Source of the DNA: the human T2T-CHM13v2.0 reference genome, Homo sapiens
Strand: one strand, 5' to 3'
DNA: 64,000 nt
NCBI RefSeq assembly: GCF_009914755.1
Contig: NC_060926.1
Shown here one piece after another: positions 1 through 19,478 of the stretch (its first letter is position 1; every line of letters begins with the position of its first letter). A program made the translations under genes and the position numbers. The notes under the pieces were generated by a model that saw only the letters and a list, made by a program, of their open reading frames with translations, made no database searches and had not been told where the DNA came from.

Positions 1-643
1 TCTGTTCTCATGTTGCTGTAAATACCTGAGACTGGGTAATTTATAAAGAAAACAGGGGCTGTGCATGGTGGCTCACACCTGTAATCCCAGCACTTTGGGA
101 GGCTGACATGGGCGGATCACAAGGTCAGGAGTTTGAGACCAGCCTGGCCAATATGGTGAAACCCCGTCTCTACTAAAAATACCAAAAAAATTAGCCAGGT
201 GTGGTGGCGGGTGCCTGTAGTCCCAGCTACTCAGGAGGCTGAGGCAGAAGAGTCGCTTGAACATGGGAGGTAGAGGTTGCAGTGAGCCGAGATCACATCA
301 CTGTGCTCCAACCTGGGTGACAGAGTGAGATTCGTCTCAAAAAAAAAAAAAAAAAAAAAAGAGGCTTAATTGACTAACAGTTCTGCAGGCTGTACAGGAA
401 GCATGATGCTGGCATTTACTTGGTGTCCGGGGAGGCCTCAGGAAACTTAAATCATGGTGGAAGGCAAAGGGGGAAAGACACAGGTCACATGGCCAAGCAG
501 GAGCAAGAGAGAGAAGTGGGAGGCGCTACACACCTTTAAACAACCAGATTTCGTAAGAACTCACAGTACTAAGAGGGACTGTGCTAAACCATTCATGAGA
601 GATCCACCCCCATGATTTGGGTGAGACATCCAAACTTGTATCA
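1..643 (-). mobile_element. MaLR LTR (MSTA/MSTB-like), split by an Alu at 57-360
   Basis: Typical MST text 'atacctgagactgggtaatttataaagaaaa...ttaattgactaacagttctgcaggctgtacaggaagcatg' resumes after the Alu. Confidence 0.75.
57..360 (+). mobile_element. AluS element
   Basis: Dimeric Alu consensus with A-tail. Confidence 0.95.
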
Positions 644-991
644 TTGTGGCACTAGGAGAGTTTAAAGTTATATTCTGAAATCTGAGCTCTGTTACAGTCG
701 TAAAAGAATTTCTGAGGTTGACATTCTTTTACTATATTTATTTATCCCTGTTCCCTTTGCAGTCGTTCACAGATGTGAATAAATGTTCAAAATCCTACCT
801 TCATTGTGTGGGATTTGGGTTTTAAATTATATTTCATACATGCTAAGGAGCAGGTTTGGTCACTCACACTTTTTGTGAGGCCTGTAAACTTTGATTTATT
901 TTTGAGTTACTTATGTCTGTTGGAATTACGCTTCAGCCTAGAAAATTAAAAGGTAATGTTAAGCCTCTCTTCTCCATCCCATTTTCTTAAG

Positions 992-1135
992 GCTCCTGTT
1001 CCAAAGAGTGCACTTATTCCTGTAATTCCCATCACCAAATCAACAGGCTCCCGGTTCCGGAATAGCGTGGAAGGATTGAATCAGGAGATTGAAATAATAA
1101 TTAAAGAGACTGGGGAAAAGGAAGAGCAACTTATA
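992..1135 (+). CDS. FAM117B: FAM117B internal coding exon (APVPKSALIPV...KETGEKEEQLI), 144 nt
   Basis: taAG acceptor 990-991, GTAAGT donor 1136; 48 open codons; FAM117/GLCCI1 motif 'SVEGLNQEIE'; contains ETGE. Confidence 0.95.
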
Positions 1136-1578
1136 GTAAGTGATCTTGTATCTTAAAATCATTCTTGAACTCTTATAATTATTAAAAATGCACAGTTTGG
1201 GTTTCCATATTTACTTGGGTTTCTTCCTTCTCATTGAGAGAGCAAAAATTTATCTCTTTTGAAAAATCTTTGACCTGGGTGAGTGAATGAAAAGTTTTCA
1301 TTTTGTTGCATGTCATAGAGGCAACTGATCTGACTTGAATTTGGATTACTGAACAGAAACTATTTTTTGTTTGTCTGTATTTAGAAACCATTAGGTGATA
1401 TACTTCTTATTTGCTGTAACTCCAGTTAACAAAAGTTTAGCTTACTAATTATGGGGGGCAGAAGTTTACATGACATTGAATACCTTCTAAGCATGAATCT
1501 GTCTGCTCCTTTTTTGAATGTCAGTGACTATTTGGTTTTGGTTGACATGCTAGGCTATGTCATCATAAAGTACATTTA

Positions 1579-1842
<264 letters not shown>

Positions 1843-2663
1843 CTATTCTCTTTACTGACTAGAATACACATGAGAATAGTTGCTATGTAAAACAGAAAAA
1901 TTAACTGTTTTGGTTTAAAAACCATGCCACAGAGTATATTTATTTATCTAACCGTCTCTCTATTCTTTAGTGAAGGAGGAATTGAGTATTGTATTGATGC
2001 TTAAGATCCTCTCCCTTAAGATAAAAGGTTGGTTTAGCTTAGAGAAAATACAGCTCCCCACACCCTCTCCTCCATCCTGCTTGATGGGGTACAGATTCCC
2101 TGATGTAATAAAGGTAAATGAATCAAAGACGTGCAGGGAGTTGGTTTCCTTGCTAAGTGATCCACACAGGCTTTCCTCTGTGTGTGTACTTGATTTTCTC
2201 CCCATCAACAGCACTTCTGTGATTAACCTTTCCCCCATTTAGGAAGGTTGACTTGAAAAAATCCTTTCAGGGCGTGGCATCAGTGTTCCTGGTTCACATG
2301 ATGAATAACCTTTTTCCTCTAATGTGGAACCTAGTGTTACACCTAGATTTCATGGCCCTCATTTATAATTTTTAAAATAACCCTTAGCACACGATAAGTG
2401 ATTCAGTACAATTCATTTATTCAGCAAGCATTGGCCACCTGCTGTATGCCTGGCCTTGGGAATACAAAGTCTTCACCGAAGACTCTTAGTGTGGGGGTCA
2501 GATTAGACAGGGATGTCACTAACGTGCAACATGAAATCCTAATAAGTAGGAAGGGATTTCTGATTTGTGAGTCTCTGGCACTATATGGGAAGGTTGACAT
2601 TGGGTTCATTGCTGGTGATTCGAAATTAATTATAAATATACCTATGTTTTTACAATTTTGTAA

Positions 2664-2921
<258 letters not shown>

Positions 2922-4664
2922 TGATAATGGAATACCTCCTCTTGTATCATTCATTCTATTCATTTTCTAGCAGAACACACACACTCGAGGCTACTCAGTT
3001 AATGTGTTCAAAGCCTAGGTTTTCAATTTGGAGTGTAAACAGGTTTGACTGTCATGCTCAGTTGATGGTCTAGTTGGGCAAGTTTATGAGCTTTTGTTAG
3101 TTTGTAGCTCTTTTTTTGCACTTGTTAATACAACTTCCTTATTGGTGAGAAACATTCTTTTTGGAATAAATGAGATGAGCACTTGCTCTGAAAAGCACTT
3201 TGGTCTCTGTCACCTGATAGTCATGATTTTATTACCTTAATGCTTTTTAAATCAATACAAAGCCTTCAAGTTAGTGTTTTTTAGGATCTGTACTTGTGAC
3301 ATTTTAAACAAGGATTAAACAGATTTATATCAATGCAGGATGAGTGTTTAAAGCAAGCCTGATGTAAAACGTTGGAGGGTACTTTTAAAAATAACCTTAA
3401 AATACCTTAGAAGTTACTTGGAAATAGAAGCAGTTTGAATGTTAATTACAAATATTCTTGCCTTTTAAAACAAATATTAGCCTTGCATCTATGTCAGGAC
3501 AGTATTTTCTTAGCCTAATCCTGGTTACGTTGTGTACTTGAAAGCAATAATAATGACATTTATTTATAAATTCTAAAGCTCAGTTCAGTAGTCATTTATT
3601 TAGAACCTCCTCCATACAGTGTGTTGAATGTCCTAAAATGCCCTGCTGTTAGGACTGGCTGCTACTACTACTCATCACCTAAGACATTAAAACTGTGACA
3701 AGCGCAGAAGACAGACGATTCACTGAAGAAGTTACTTTAAACTGTGGGAAGTTGTAAACTGTTACTCTTTGGACTTTTATTGCTAGCTTCTAGGTCTGAT
3801 AAAACACGGGTCAGATAAAATCTGGCCCTTGATTTCCCATACTTTCTACTTCTACGTCAATAACATGTAGAAAGTCTATAAATAAATAAACTCAATAAAT
3901 GTTGTGTCCTGATCCATTTGATTTTAGTAGCTGGTTGGCCTCTGTGAATTTCTTTTGTAGGAAAACTGGGCTGTAGTGCTGCTGCCAGCAAGGAGTTTGT
4001 AGCTTAGCTGGTACAGACTGAAAATTTAGAACAGATATTTAACATATTAAAATTTTTAAGTTAATATAAATTGAGGATATCAGCACTAAACAAGAATATC
4101 AGAGTAAAGAAATGTTCCTCCTGATAGGGTTAATTTAGAAAGATTTCAAAAAACTTGAGTCAGAGCCAGACTTTGAAGGACCTTTTGGAAAATAAACAGA
4201 ACTTACTCCTTTTAGGTAAGGGGAAATTCATAGGCAAAAAAAATGTTTGGCATCCGGTAGCTCTCACTACCTGGAGCAAAGATTGTAACCAGCGGAGCAG
4301 AGAAATCAAACTGAGAAATTTTGAAGCACAGGCCAAGAATTAGTCATCAGCAACCAATGAAGAACCATTTCAGATATTTGTACTGGGAAAAATGGAAGTA
4401 GTGTTTGAGTGCATTTGTTTTGTAAAGAATAGAAATAAGGCAGCCAGCTAGATCAGTGTTCACTACTGAGGATTATGTGATACAGGCCTAGGCTATGGTA
4501 ATTGTAAGTGGAAGTGAAATAAATATTTTATTTGTGTGTGCATTTATTTAACAAACATTAATTATCTCCTTGATTAATAAAGCACTGTTCCTGCCCTCAA
4601 GTAGTTCATGGTGGGCTAGTCCAAGAACAATTAAATATAGTATGACTATACATTTATGTAGTAA

Positions 4665-4808
<144 letters not shown>

Positions 4809-4851
4809 TAAGTATCCCTTCCACCATCCCCACAAAAAAACTATTATGAGC

Positions 4852-5452
<601 letters not shown>

Positions 5453-6374
5453 TATTATCAGCATTTTTAAGTAAGCTGAAAGAATAGTATAGTGATCACT
5501 CATATATCTACAACTCAGATTAGATAATAGCTAACATTTTGCAGTATTTGCTAAAAGTAACCACAGTACTACTATATAACCACAGTACGATTATCTTAGA
5601 AAGTTGACAGTAATGCTTAATATCAGCTAATATCCACTTGTTACTCAAATTTCTTTAGTTGTTTGCAGAATGTCTTCTGTGGCTGTCATTTGTGAACATG
5701 TATCCAGTCATGTTTACATGTTGAATTTAGCGGTATATAGGTTTGGCTGCTGCTCCTGAACGGGGGAGGTCCCAAAGGTCTCAGCAGCGTGGGAAGGCTA
5801 GGTCGGAGTTCCTGCCGAAGGGACCTGTGTGGTGCTGCTGAACCACTGTGATGTGGCATCTCCTTTCACCGAATTCCACAACAGAGTTTCCAGGGCTGGG
5901 GATGGTATTTCTGCCTCCCCTCTTTGTCTTCGCCTTTCCTTGGGGATATTTTTCCTTTCATGTATTTACCATGCTTCCCATGGGTTAAGGCAGTGTCTTG
6001 TCAGGGAACCCAGGATTGTGGGGAAGCTGGTTGTCTAACCCAGTCTCAGTTTTTCTAGTGTAGAAGCCATGAATTGTGCTGGGCAGAATAAGGGTAGGGT
6101 TGTCACAGATGTGGAAGTCTGATTCTCAGTTTTTTCACTTCTCTGTGGCCCCAGGAACTGTCTCTTCATATTTGAATTCTAGGATATTGCTAGTAATCAT
6201 CTCAGTAATACGTATTTGTTTTTGGTTTTCTGTGGCAGGGAGTGGAACCATGTGTTTCTTTGCCACTATTTTGGAACTGGAAAGCAGAAATGGGCTCATT
6301 CTATTAGGTTAAAATCTGTTAGCCCAAATGTACTTTTTTGGAGTTGTGCCTGCCCCCCTCCACTGCCAGCCCTG

Positions 6375-10020
<3,646 letters not shown>

Positions 10021-10868
10021 TGATTTAGATTTTTATTGTCATTGGAAGAGATGAGAATCAACCTAAGTCTTGATTTATTTAGGTTCTCCCACCTTAGTTC
10101 TGTGGCATTTCTGTGTTGCTTTAACAATGTAGTTTTTTTATACTTTTAATTTTCATGAAATACCATTAATACCAATATCTTTTTCAACAATTTGGGTTAA
10201 TTTTCAGGAGGACCTAGGAAAAGGGAAGGATTTGGCTTTAATAAAAAGCTTTCAAAGCAAAGGAGTTTTCATTTTGATTTCACATTTACATTATATTGCT
10301 CAGAAAACTATCAGGGTTAACTCAAAGAATTGTTTCCATCAAAGAGATTTTTACAAGCACTTGAAGAGAAAAGCCAGGCCTACCATAGTTTTAGTCATGC
10401 AGTGGTGGAACTTAGCAAAAGACGGACATTGTATATCTTTAATTTCCTTGCTGTCTCCTTCCAGTATACTATAGACCTCGGAAAAATCATGGCAGTGGAA
10501 TATACCATACATAAAGGCATACATGTCTTTAAACATCTAGATTTTCTTTTGCTATAGGAAATTCATTATTCCTTTGACCGTCTTAGCTCATCATTGACAT
10601 GCAGTGCTCATCGGGCTGAGCCACCTGCATGGTAATGGGGCTGTCAAGGGAACTGAAAGCAGCAATGATGATGGGGGCTTCTTGCATTCTAAGATACATA
10701 TGTTGAATCATATGTCAGATAGCACTTTGGTCCTTTATGTTTGAAGGGGGGGGACAGAGCTTGAGTTTTATATTCCTTTTCTGTGATGTAAGTTAACTGT
10801 TTTTAAAAAATAAAAGAGCTTGTTTCCAAGCTTTTTTTTTTTTTTATTTTTTAAGTTCAGTGACTTAA

Positions 10869-11216
<348 letters not shown>

Positions 11217-11510
11217 GTCACAGTGCAACGTGGCTGTTGTTCTGGGAAATTGGGAACCTCCTCAGATCACTGGATTCTGATGGCATCGTGTGCTTCTGGT
11301 CGGCTGTGATGTGCTCCAGCTTTCCAGTGACATGTGACGGCGAGGCTTCTGGAAGAAAGGATCCCCCGTGACGGCTCTGCCCCACTTGTGAACGCCAACC
11401 CTCAGTGCTTAGCCTGCTTTTTATCAAAGCACTGATTGAAACAAGAAAGGTCTCATTCTTTACCTTTGGAGAGACAATATCACGTTTTTGTTTTCGAATT
11501 AGACTTCTTT

Positions 11511-11513
<3 letters not shown>

Positions 11514-11557
<44 letters not shown>
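11514..11557 (+). repeat. (AC)22 microsatellite in the FAM117B 3' UTR
   Basis: Direct reading. Confidence 0.95.
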
Positions 11558-11559
<2 letters not shown>

Positions 11560-12613
11560 ACACCCCTGATCCTTGCCAACATGATTCCTAAAGGGAGATG
11601 TGACTGATGCTGCAAGAACCATCTTTTCTATGAAAATGACTATTTTATAATATACCAATGTTACATTTTCTGAAACGTAGCAAACAGGATATTCAAAAGA
11701 TTCTTTGGTGGCCTCTGTTTCTTGTTCCCTTTCTAGATGTGTGCTTTTCTCAGCTGTTTTCAGCTTTGGGACCAAAGGGATTGTTGACGTTTTCCCAGCA
11801 ATCTTAATCTCATGACTATGTTCTTCTCCCAAACAAGGATTGATAGGTAAATGCATTGAACAAGTATATATAAAAAGAGATTAAAAAGCAATATTCGTAC
11901 ATTATGTGATTTATGTTTTTGATGTCAAAAGTTTGTGCTTTGGGTGAAATATTTGTATAACTGCTGTTTTCTTCACTACTCCTGTACACATTTCACCATG
12001 TGGTCAGAAAAGTTGTAGTCTGAAGACAAGTGCTTTAATATGTTCTCACCCATATTGGAACTTGATTTAAAAGTCAGTGAGCCAAAAGGAAACTATCCAG
12101 CGTTGATTGCTAGCTAAGAGTAAGGAGCCCCTTTGGTTTTCTGTGATATATATATATATCACACGCTCTCCCTCCTTCACCACAGGTGTCATTCTACCTT
12201 TAATCATCACTGTATCATAGCCCCAAAGAGATCCTGAAATGGCTGTGCATGGATTTCCTCCTTTGCCCTTGTGATGTTGTTGTCTTGTGGATTTGGTTGG
12301 GCTAGTAGTTTGCCAGGAGTGTAATCCAGTGGATAGTGATCCAAACTGTAGCCGCAGAATCCTGTGACTGACATTTTTCTTTGTGGTGGTGGTTGGCCCT
12401 GAGATTTGTTGCCTACAGATTTTGCTAATTTACCCCCCTAACGCTTCACATAGTGGGGAAAATACACAAGAAGAACTTGAGTATGAACGATAAGCACCTT
12501 TGAAAACTCCATACAGTTTTGGATTAGGGCTCATCCTAATATAAATCACTGCCAGTATCACATGACATCAGTATGTGATTTCTGGGTATGTGGTAGTGAG
12601 ATTAAGGAGCAGC

Positions 12614-12915
<302 letters not shown>

Positions 12916-15190
12916 GAGCAGCTCTTTTTTTAAAAGTGAGTTTCAGCAAACAGTATTGAATAAAAGCATCCTTTTCATATCTTCATATACTACTTTATGA
13001 TGCAATAATTTACTGTTCCTATACATATTATAAGGTAGAAAAAAGTTTTTAAATCCTTATAAAGAGGATGCAGTTTAGAAGGTTAATATGTCAGCTTACC
13101 CAGACATATTCTATCAAGGAAAACCTAGTGGTAGCAATAAATCTTTGGAAAGGACTTCTTATACTCATGTACCTTTAAAACATCTAAGCAATTTAAAATA
13201 ATCCCTGTTGAGTTTAAATTCGAGATGCATTTAGGTAAATCGGATAAATTCAACATTTGAATAAATCCGTCAGGTTTTAGATGGTGGGATTGATGAACTT
13301 TGGTACTTTCTCAATCCAAAACTAATTTATTTGGAACTAGTACGTTATGGCTTCTCAGTCATGAAAAGCTCAGTTATTTGGGGTCTACATTTTCTCACTG
13401 AGAGCCTTGATATTTTGCCTTCTTTGTTATGCATTATAACTTGACTGTATCACCACTGAGTATCTGCTGTATCAGAAGTTCAGAAGAAAAGGTAAAACTG
13501 AAATCAGAATGGGGGTAGAGGAAGTTAAAAACAAGTTATTTAAAAAGAACTCTTGGTTTTTGGATGACTTGAATTCTGTTAAATCTGTGTTCTTGGCCTT
13601 GCACTTCCGTTCCTCTTCCATCTCTATCCCTGCTAGTCACAATGGCATTTTAGAACTAGAATGCCACTCTGTAGAGGTTTTCCCTTTTGCTCTGTTGTGC
13701 CTATTTGTCTAATTCATATCTTTCTGTGGAGTTTCATATGTCCTTAATCTAAAGTAACTTAAAATTGGAATGGAAGAACAAGTTTCAGAATTATTTACAG
13801 TCTTATACATAGAACTTCTAGTGTAATGTTTGGTTGTAAGGAGAATGTGAATTTGCAGGTAAATGAATTGTATGGCAACCAGACAGATCCCTGGGGTTTG
13901 GGAGAAATAGAGCTTGAGATTTGAAAAAAAGGTACAAGGTACAAAACAACTCTAACTGCCAGTGCCAAAGGGCTAATTTTTAAGCATGTAAGCTTTACCA
14001 CAGTCTTGAAAAAAATATTAACCATAGGTTCATTCAGCTGTTTTATTTAACCCTTAGTTCCCTGGTGGTTGATTTTTTTTTTAAATGGGTCTCCAGCTTT
14101 CCAGTGAAATGTGACACTCTCAATAGAATGCATAATGTTGGTTTCTAAAGTTACACTCCATAATTATTGTTATTCTGTAGAAAACTGTACAGAAGGTAAA
14201 TAGAATAGCTTCAATGGGAATATAATTTAAATTTTTTTAATTTTATAAAAATTTATTTCCATTGCATTAAAAGAAATGGGTAGCATGTGTCTTTCAGAGA
14301 AAGGAGCTATTTGGTTATTCACTTTGTCAATCTTAGGTTTTTTTAAATCTTTAAACAATTTCTTCTTTGTGATGATAAAAATAATATAAATTTACTGTTT
14401 CTGATCATGACTGAGTCTATTACTTGTCATGGCTTTTGTACGCAACTGTGTTTTAAAAATACCGGTTTTGCCTCTTTGGTTACATGTGGTGAGCATGGAT
14501 GTCAAGATTATTTTTCAACTAGATTATTCAATTTGTTTTATATTTCTTATACTTAATACTTATGACTACAGTCCAAATCAGTCTTTTAGAAGGTGCTCTT
14601 GCTAACTGTGGAATATTTGACGACATGAAAGTCCTTTTTCTTTGCTTTCAGTGGTTGGCTTTCACTGAAAGAAAGTGTAAAAAAAGTCAGAATTTATAGC
14701 TTTCACTATGTCCAAGACTAGGACTGGGTTATAAAGATTTTCTTTTGTGAAGGAAAATAAAAGAAAATTTGCCACTACTGCATTTACTTTACTATTGTAA
14801 ACTTAAGATTCATTCCTTAGTCTTTGGAATTTTGATGTCTCAAAACCAGATGAGTGGAAGTGCTGAATTTGCAAAATAAAGCTAAGAATGCTTAACTCTG
14901 CACTTTAAGTTCTACTCTGACCAAATTGAAGATGAGCAGAGCAGCCCTGAACAGCATTTTGTTTATACAGTCTTGTTTAAGAATAGAATTTTTTTAACTC
15001 TTCATTTTTTGTCTCTGTGGAAGCTGTGTAACTCTTTTTAAAATGCAATTTAAAACATTTTGTTATTCTAACAATTCTCTCAAAAAACAGCATTTCCAAT
15101 GGTAATCGGTATTGTTACGCTGTACTTATGTATTCCCTGTACCTGAACACTTGTTGCTGCCTCACAAGAAAATAGAACTTTTATGTTAAA

Positions 15191-15196
15191 AATAAA
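15191..15196 (+). terminator. Likely distal FAM117B polyadenylation signal AATAAA
   Basis: AATAAA followed about 15-40 nt later by 'gagtttttttctgtgaattttt'; other AATAAA near 14756 and 14875. Confidence 0.6.
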
Positions 15197-15762
15197 GTCT
15201 GTTCTTCTTGAGTTTTTTTCTGTGAATTTTTATGAATATTGTCCAAATTCAAGTTACATTTCTTTTTGGACTGGTTATTTATCTAGCTTTTAAGCGGTAC
15301 ATTGTTTTTCTCAGACTAATAGAAAAATTTGTTTGTGTTCAGCAGCAAGTTCCTTGCTACCCCTCACCTGCCCTAGAACTGAAAGTACCTGCTCTTTGGG
15401 GTAAGTGCTAGGCACACATTAAAATATAAGCAGCACAGAGAGATACCCACGCGTGAGGAATTCACTGCTTCAGAGTTTTGTTAGAGGTAACTTAGCTGGG
15501 GCAGTCACTTACATTCATTATAAAGTACATGAGAGGAGTTTTTTTGTTTTAATTCTTGGTAATTCAGCCATATTCTTCCTTTGTGACAGTGGCTTATATA
15601 TGCAAGACAGTCGTTGGGTTTCAGGGGACAGTTGTTGAGTTTTGGGGATTTTGTCTGTATCCACACAGCAGAGCTGGTCAGAAGGCTACACTGTAATAAC
15701 TTAGAAAGCAGGGACACATTTTAATGACATAAGTCACCACAGTAATTTGGTCACCAAATTAA

Positions 15763-16279
15763 TTTTTTTTTGTTTTTGAGACAGAGTCTCTGCTGTGTTG
15801 CCCAGGGTGGAGTACAGTGGCACAGTCACTCAGCTCACTGCAGCCTCAAGCTCCTGGGCTGAAGGGATCCTTCTGCCTCAGCCTCCCAAGTGGCTGGGAC
15901 CACAGGTATGTGCTACCACGCCTGGCTAATTATTTTATAAATTTATTTTATTTATTTATTTTCATAGAGACAAGGTCTTGCCACATTGCCTAGGCTGGTC
16001 TCAAACTCCTGGCCTCAAGTGATCCTCCCACCTCTGCCTCCCAAAGTGCTGGACTCAAGGGATCCTCCTGCCTCAGCCTCCCAAGTGGCTGGGACCACAG
16101 GTATGTGCCACCATGCCTGGCTAATTTTTATATGAATTTATTTAATTTTTTTTTTTTTTCGTAGAAACAAGGTCTTGCCACACTGCTTAGGCTGGTCTCG
16201 AACTCCTGGCCTCAAGTGATCCTCCCACCTCTGCCTCCCAAAGTGCTGGGATTATAGGTGTGAGCCATTGTGTCTAGCC
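15763..16279 (-). mobile_element. AluJ-like element with a ~195-bp internal tandem duplication
   Basis: 'aagggatcc...cctcccaagtggctgggaccacaggtatgtg...ccaaagtgctgg' occurs twice in tandem. Confidence 0.85.
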
Positions 16280-18107
16280 TGTTAAAATTTTTGAAATATT
16301 ATTTCTGAGCAAAAAAGTTAACCAGAGTTTGGGGACAGCTAATATATTTACACAATAATTTAACATAGTATCAAATGCAAAGAGAATTCTAAAATTGGCA
16401 CGTAGAGTTTTCTCCCTTTCTTTCTTAGTATTCCCCCACCCCCACCTTTAAAGAGGTTGAGGAGAGCAAATATGTGAAATACAGTCCTTGTAGTCTCTTC
16501 TTCATAGCACTACCCTGCTAATGTGTAACAGACACTGGTTTTTTATCCTTTGCTAAGATTAGGTGTGCTTTAAAACATGTTTTAGTATGATAATGCCAAT
16601 AGCCTTTGTAGCTCTTTGAATCAGTGTTTTCCCAACTGTTTGGGTCTTGAAATGAACTAAATGGGTTCAACCAACTTTTTAAAAAATGAAGCAGAATAGA
16701 AAACATAAGTATATTCATACATAAGGAGAGTAGTTTTCATGCATAAAACTTTTGTTAGAGATATATACGTATGTCCTAGCTTGTAGTATAAAAAGTATTT
16801 CTCACTGAAGCTTGTATTAAAACGATATGAAGAATATTGCTGTAGCTACAACTTTTAGGTTTGTCTGGTATCTTAATGTAGGAATGAGACAGGAGTCTTG
16901 AAGACATTGTTTCTACTTCTCTTTACTACATAGCTCCAAAATTTCTAGGTTTTATAAAAACAAACCAAAAAAACCAGAATTCTCTTTCATCATTTTGCAT
17001 CATCCTCAAACTGAGAATTTATCTCCATATATTCTAACTTTGATTTTATGTACTAGTGTGGATTAGTCCTGCTGAATCATTGTTTTATAGAAGACTATCT
17101 TGGAGGCCTTGATAGTTAAAAACCAGGAGTATAACCATTTGTCTCAATTCTATATCTTAAGTAATTATTTTTTAGATCATTGGGATAATTGAGAGGAGAA
17201 ACAGAGAAAGTCCTAGATTTAGGGCCACAGTTTGGGTGCTAGTTCTGGCTCTGATGCGTAATGTTTATGGGATCTTGGGCCAAGAAGTCACCTTTGTGAA
17301 CCTGTTTTATTTGTGTGATTAAGGAAATGCTGACAATAGTGCTATCACTTAGAAAATATGAAACTGTAAGCAAACATTTATCTGCCTTCATATTTTGTCA
17401 CGTAAGTTTATTCATTCCATAGGGGAGCCAGTGGTTTTTGGTCATGGGAAGTGTTCTCATAAAATTCATTTTAGCTTGTAAAGTTTAAAATCGTCAAAGA
17501 TAAACTGAAATTGTAATAAAAATTGATAATGCCTCTTGATAGCTTACCAAATATCGGACACTTTACATATTACTTTTACCCTAATCTTTATAATAACCCT
17601 TTGAAGCCAGGTACTGCTATTTTTACTATCATACAGATAACAAAATTGGAATTAGGTTGACTTTTCCATGGTCACACAGCTGGGAAACGTCAGAGACTGG
17701 CTTTGAACCAAGTCTGACTCTGGAATTCAGAGTTAATCATGTAGTCTTACTGCTACTTTGCTTGCACCAGTGACGCTGGTAAAATAAAGATGTTGGAGTC
17801 ATTGCAGATTATGTGACATTGGGCCACACGGCCTGGTTCTTTGTGATCCTCTTCATTGCTACAGCTGCTGGCAGCTTAGTTCAGAGGGTCAAAAGAAAGG
17901 AGCTGGTTAGTTATCGGCTCCTGATCAAGGATGTTAGTGACACATTCTCAAACTCTCTGGTTTTTAATGTTGCTATAGCTGCAGAAAATAAAAAGAAATA
18001 CTCTTTAATTTGGGGAGCACATGTTTTAGAGAGGCGAAAACGAACTTCAGTCACATTTCTGGTGGGTTTTTAATTCACCTGGCTTTTTTGAGGGAAAGAC
18101 TTATATA

Positions 18108-18377
18108 GTTGGTTTTTTGCTCAGGCTGGAGTGCAGTGGGCAATCGCGGCTCACTGCAAGCTTCACCTCCTGGGTGCAAGCGATTCTCCTGCCTCAGCCT
18201 CCCCAGTAGCTGGGATTACAGGCGCCTGCCACCAGGCCCGACTAATTTTTGTATTTTTAGTAGAGACGGGGTTGCACCATGCTGGCCAGGCTGGTCTCAA
18301 ACTCTCGACCTCAGGCAATCTGCCTGCCTCGGCCCTCAAAGTGCTGGGATTACAGGCTTGAGCCACCTCACCCGGCC
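18108..18377 (-). mobile_element. AluS (tail degraded)
   Basis: Reverse Alu consensus. Confidence 0.9.
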
Positions 18378-18631
18378 TATAATTGGTTTTTAAATCTCTG
18401 TGACTTGGCATGCCCATTTAAGAGAGAGGGGACAGTAAAATCATCCGGATCACAATTCAAATGTGTGCTTGAAGGCACTACAAAAAAATAACCAAAAATA
18501 TGTTAGTAGTGGTTATTCCTAGATGGTAGTGCTATGGCTGATTTTTTTCTTTCAGAAGATATTACTTTAAAATGGGAAAAAAGAAACAACTTTTTATTTT
18601 TTTTAATTTTTTATGAGAAAGTGTCAACATC

Positions 18632-18637
18632 TTTATT
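18632..18637 (-). terminator. Retrocopy polyadenylation signal AATAAA (same sense as ICA1L)
   Basis: tttatt on the + strand, about 20 nt before the retro poly(A) tail. Confidence 0.8.
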
Positions 18638-19173
18638 GCTAATATAAGCATTTAATGTCAAAGAAATGAAGGTAATTTTACAAACTAAATTTTTGTAAGT
18701 ACATGAAATTTCTATTTGATTATGTGGTTTTATATCACATTCGTTCAAATGCATTTCTTTCCCTTAGAGGGACTATTCCAACATCACTCCTTTGGAATTA
18801 TTTCAGTCATCCCTAACATGTGACTACCAAAGACCTTGAAGCTAAACAAACAAAGAAAACAAAATTTCAATGACTCTTAGATGAATGGAATAAGAAGTAG
18901 TCATCACATGTCAGTTAGGGATGTTTATCTCCAACAAGACACTGTCAAAATGTTTCTTCTGATAAAGCAGTTATGTCAGAGCCTTCAAAAAACACGGGCA
19001 GAACAAGAGTACAATAAAAGAAGCGTCTGCAACTTAAGCCGTCCACAGTCCTAAGCCTGATATGCTCAAAGCAAAGCCTCTTTCCCACAAACTAAATTCC
19101 ATCCATTTGAGCTTTCAGAGATAGATGCCCAAGAGCTATCATTAATATATACAGCATATTGACTCTAGTTGCA

Positions 19174-19389
19174 TCAGTTATGCATGAAGAGTTTAATAAC
19201 CATCCAGGTCCAAAGGTGGAAGAATACATACACCGGTATGGTAATAGGCAAGAGCAGGCTGTAAAAGCAAAGGCTAGCTGTGCAAGTGCAGCCCTGTGGG
19301 AAGTTTTCTTCTACAGAGGCTGAGTGGAACAGTCCTGCTAAATAAACCAGTGGAATAAGAACAGTCAACGTAGAAAGAGACAGAAAGAT
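19174..19389 (-). pseudogene. PIGY-derived ORF of the retrocopy; 71 codons open, start codon ATG>ATC
   Basis: Translation IFLSLSTLTVLIPLVYLAGLFHSASVEENFPQGC...WTWMVIKLFMHN* matches PIG-Y (GPI-GnT subunit) as I recall it. Confidence 0.92.
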
Positions 19390-19478
19390 TCTTCTCTTCC
19401 GCTTATTACTTGCCACTGTGTTTTAAAAGGTATATGGTACTAAGAAGAGTTGGCTGTTTTATTTTTTTAAATTATGAA

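Noticed and set aside
5741-5904. GC-richer intronic block bounded by AG and GT, a possible cryptic exon
   Set aside because: Poor polypyrimidine tract, weak donor, 164 nt would shift the frame, no recognisable product
14900-14907. GCACTTTA (miR-17 family 8-mer) and other seed matches in the FAM117B UTR
   Set aside because: Seed matches are expected by chance in 4 kb and I cannot assess conservation
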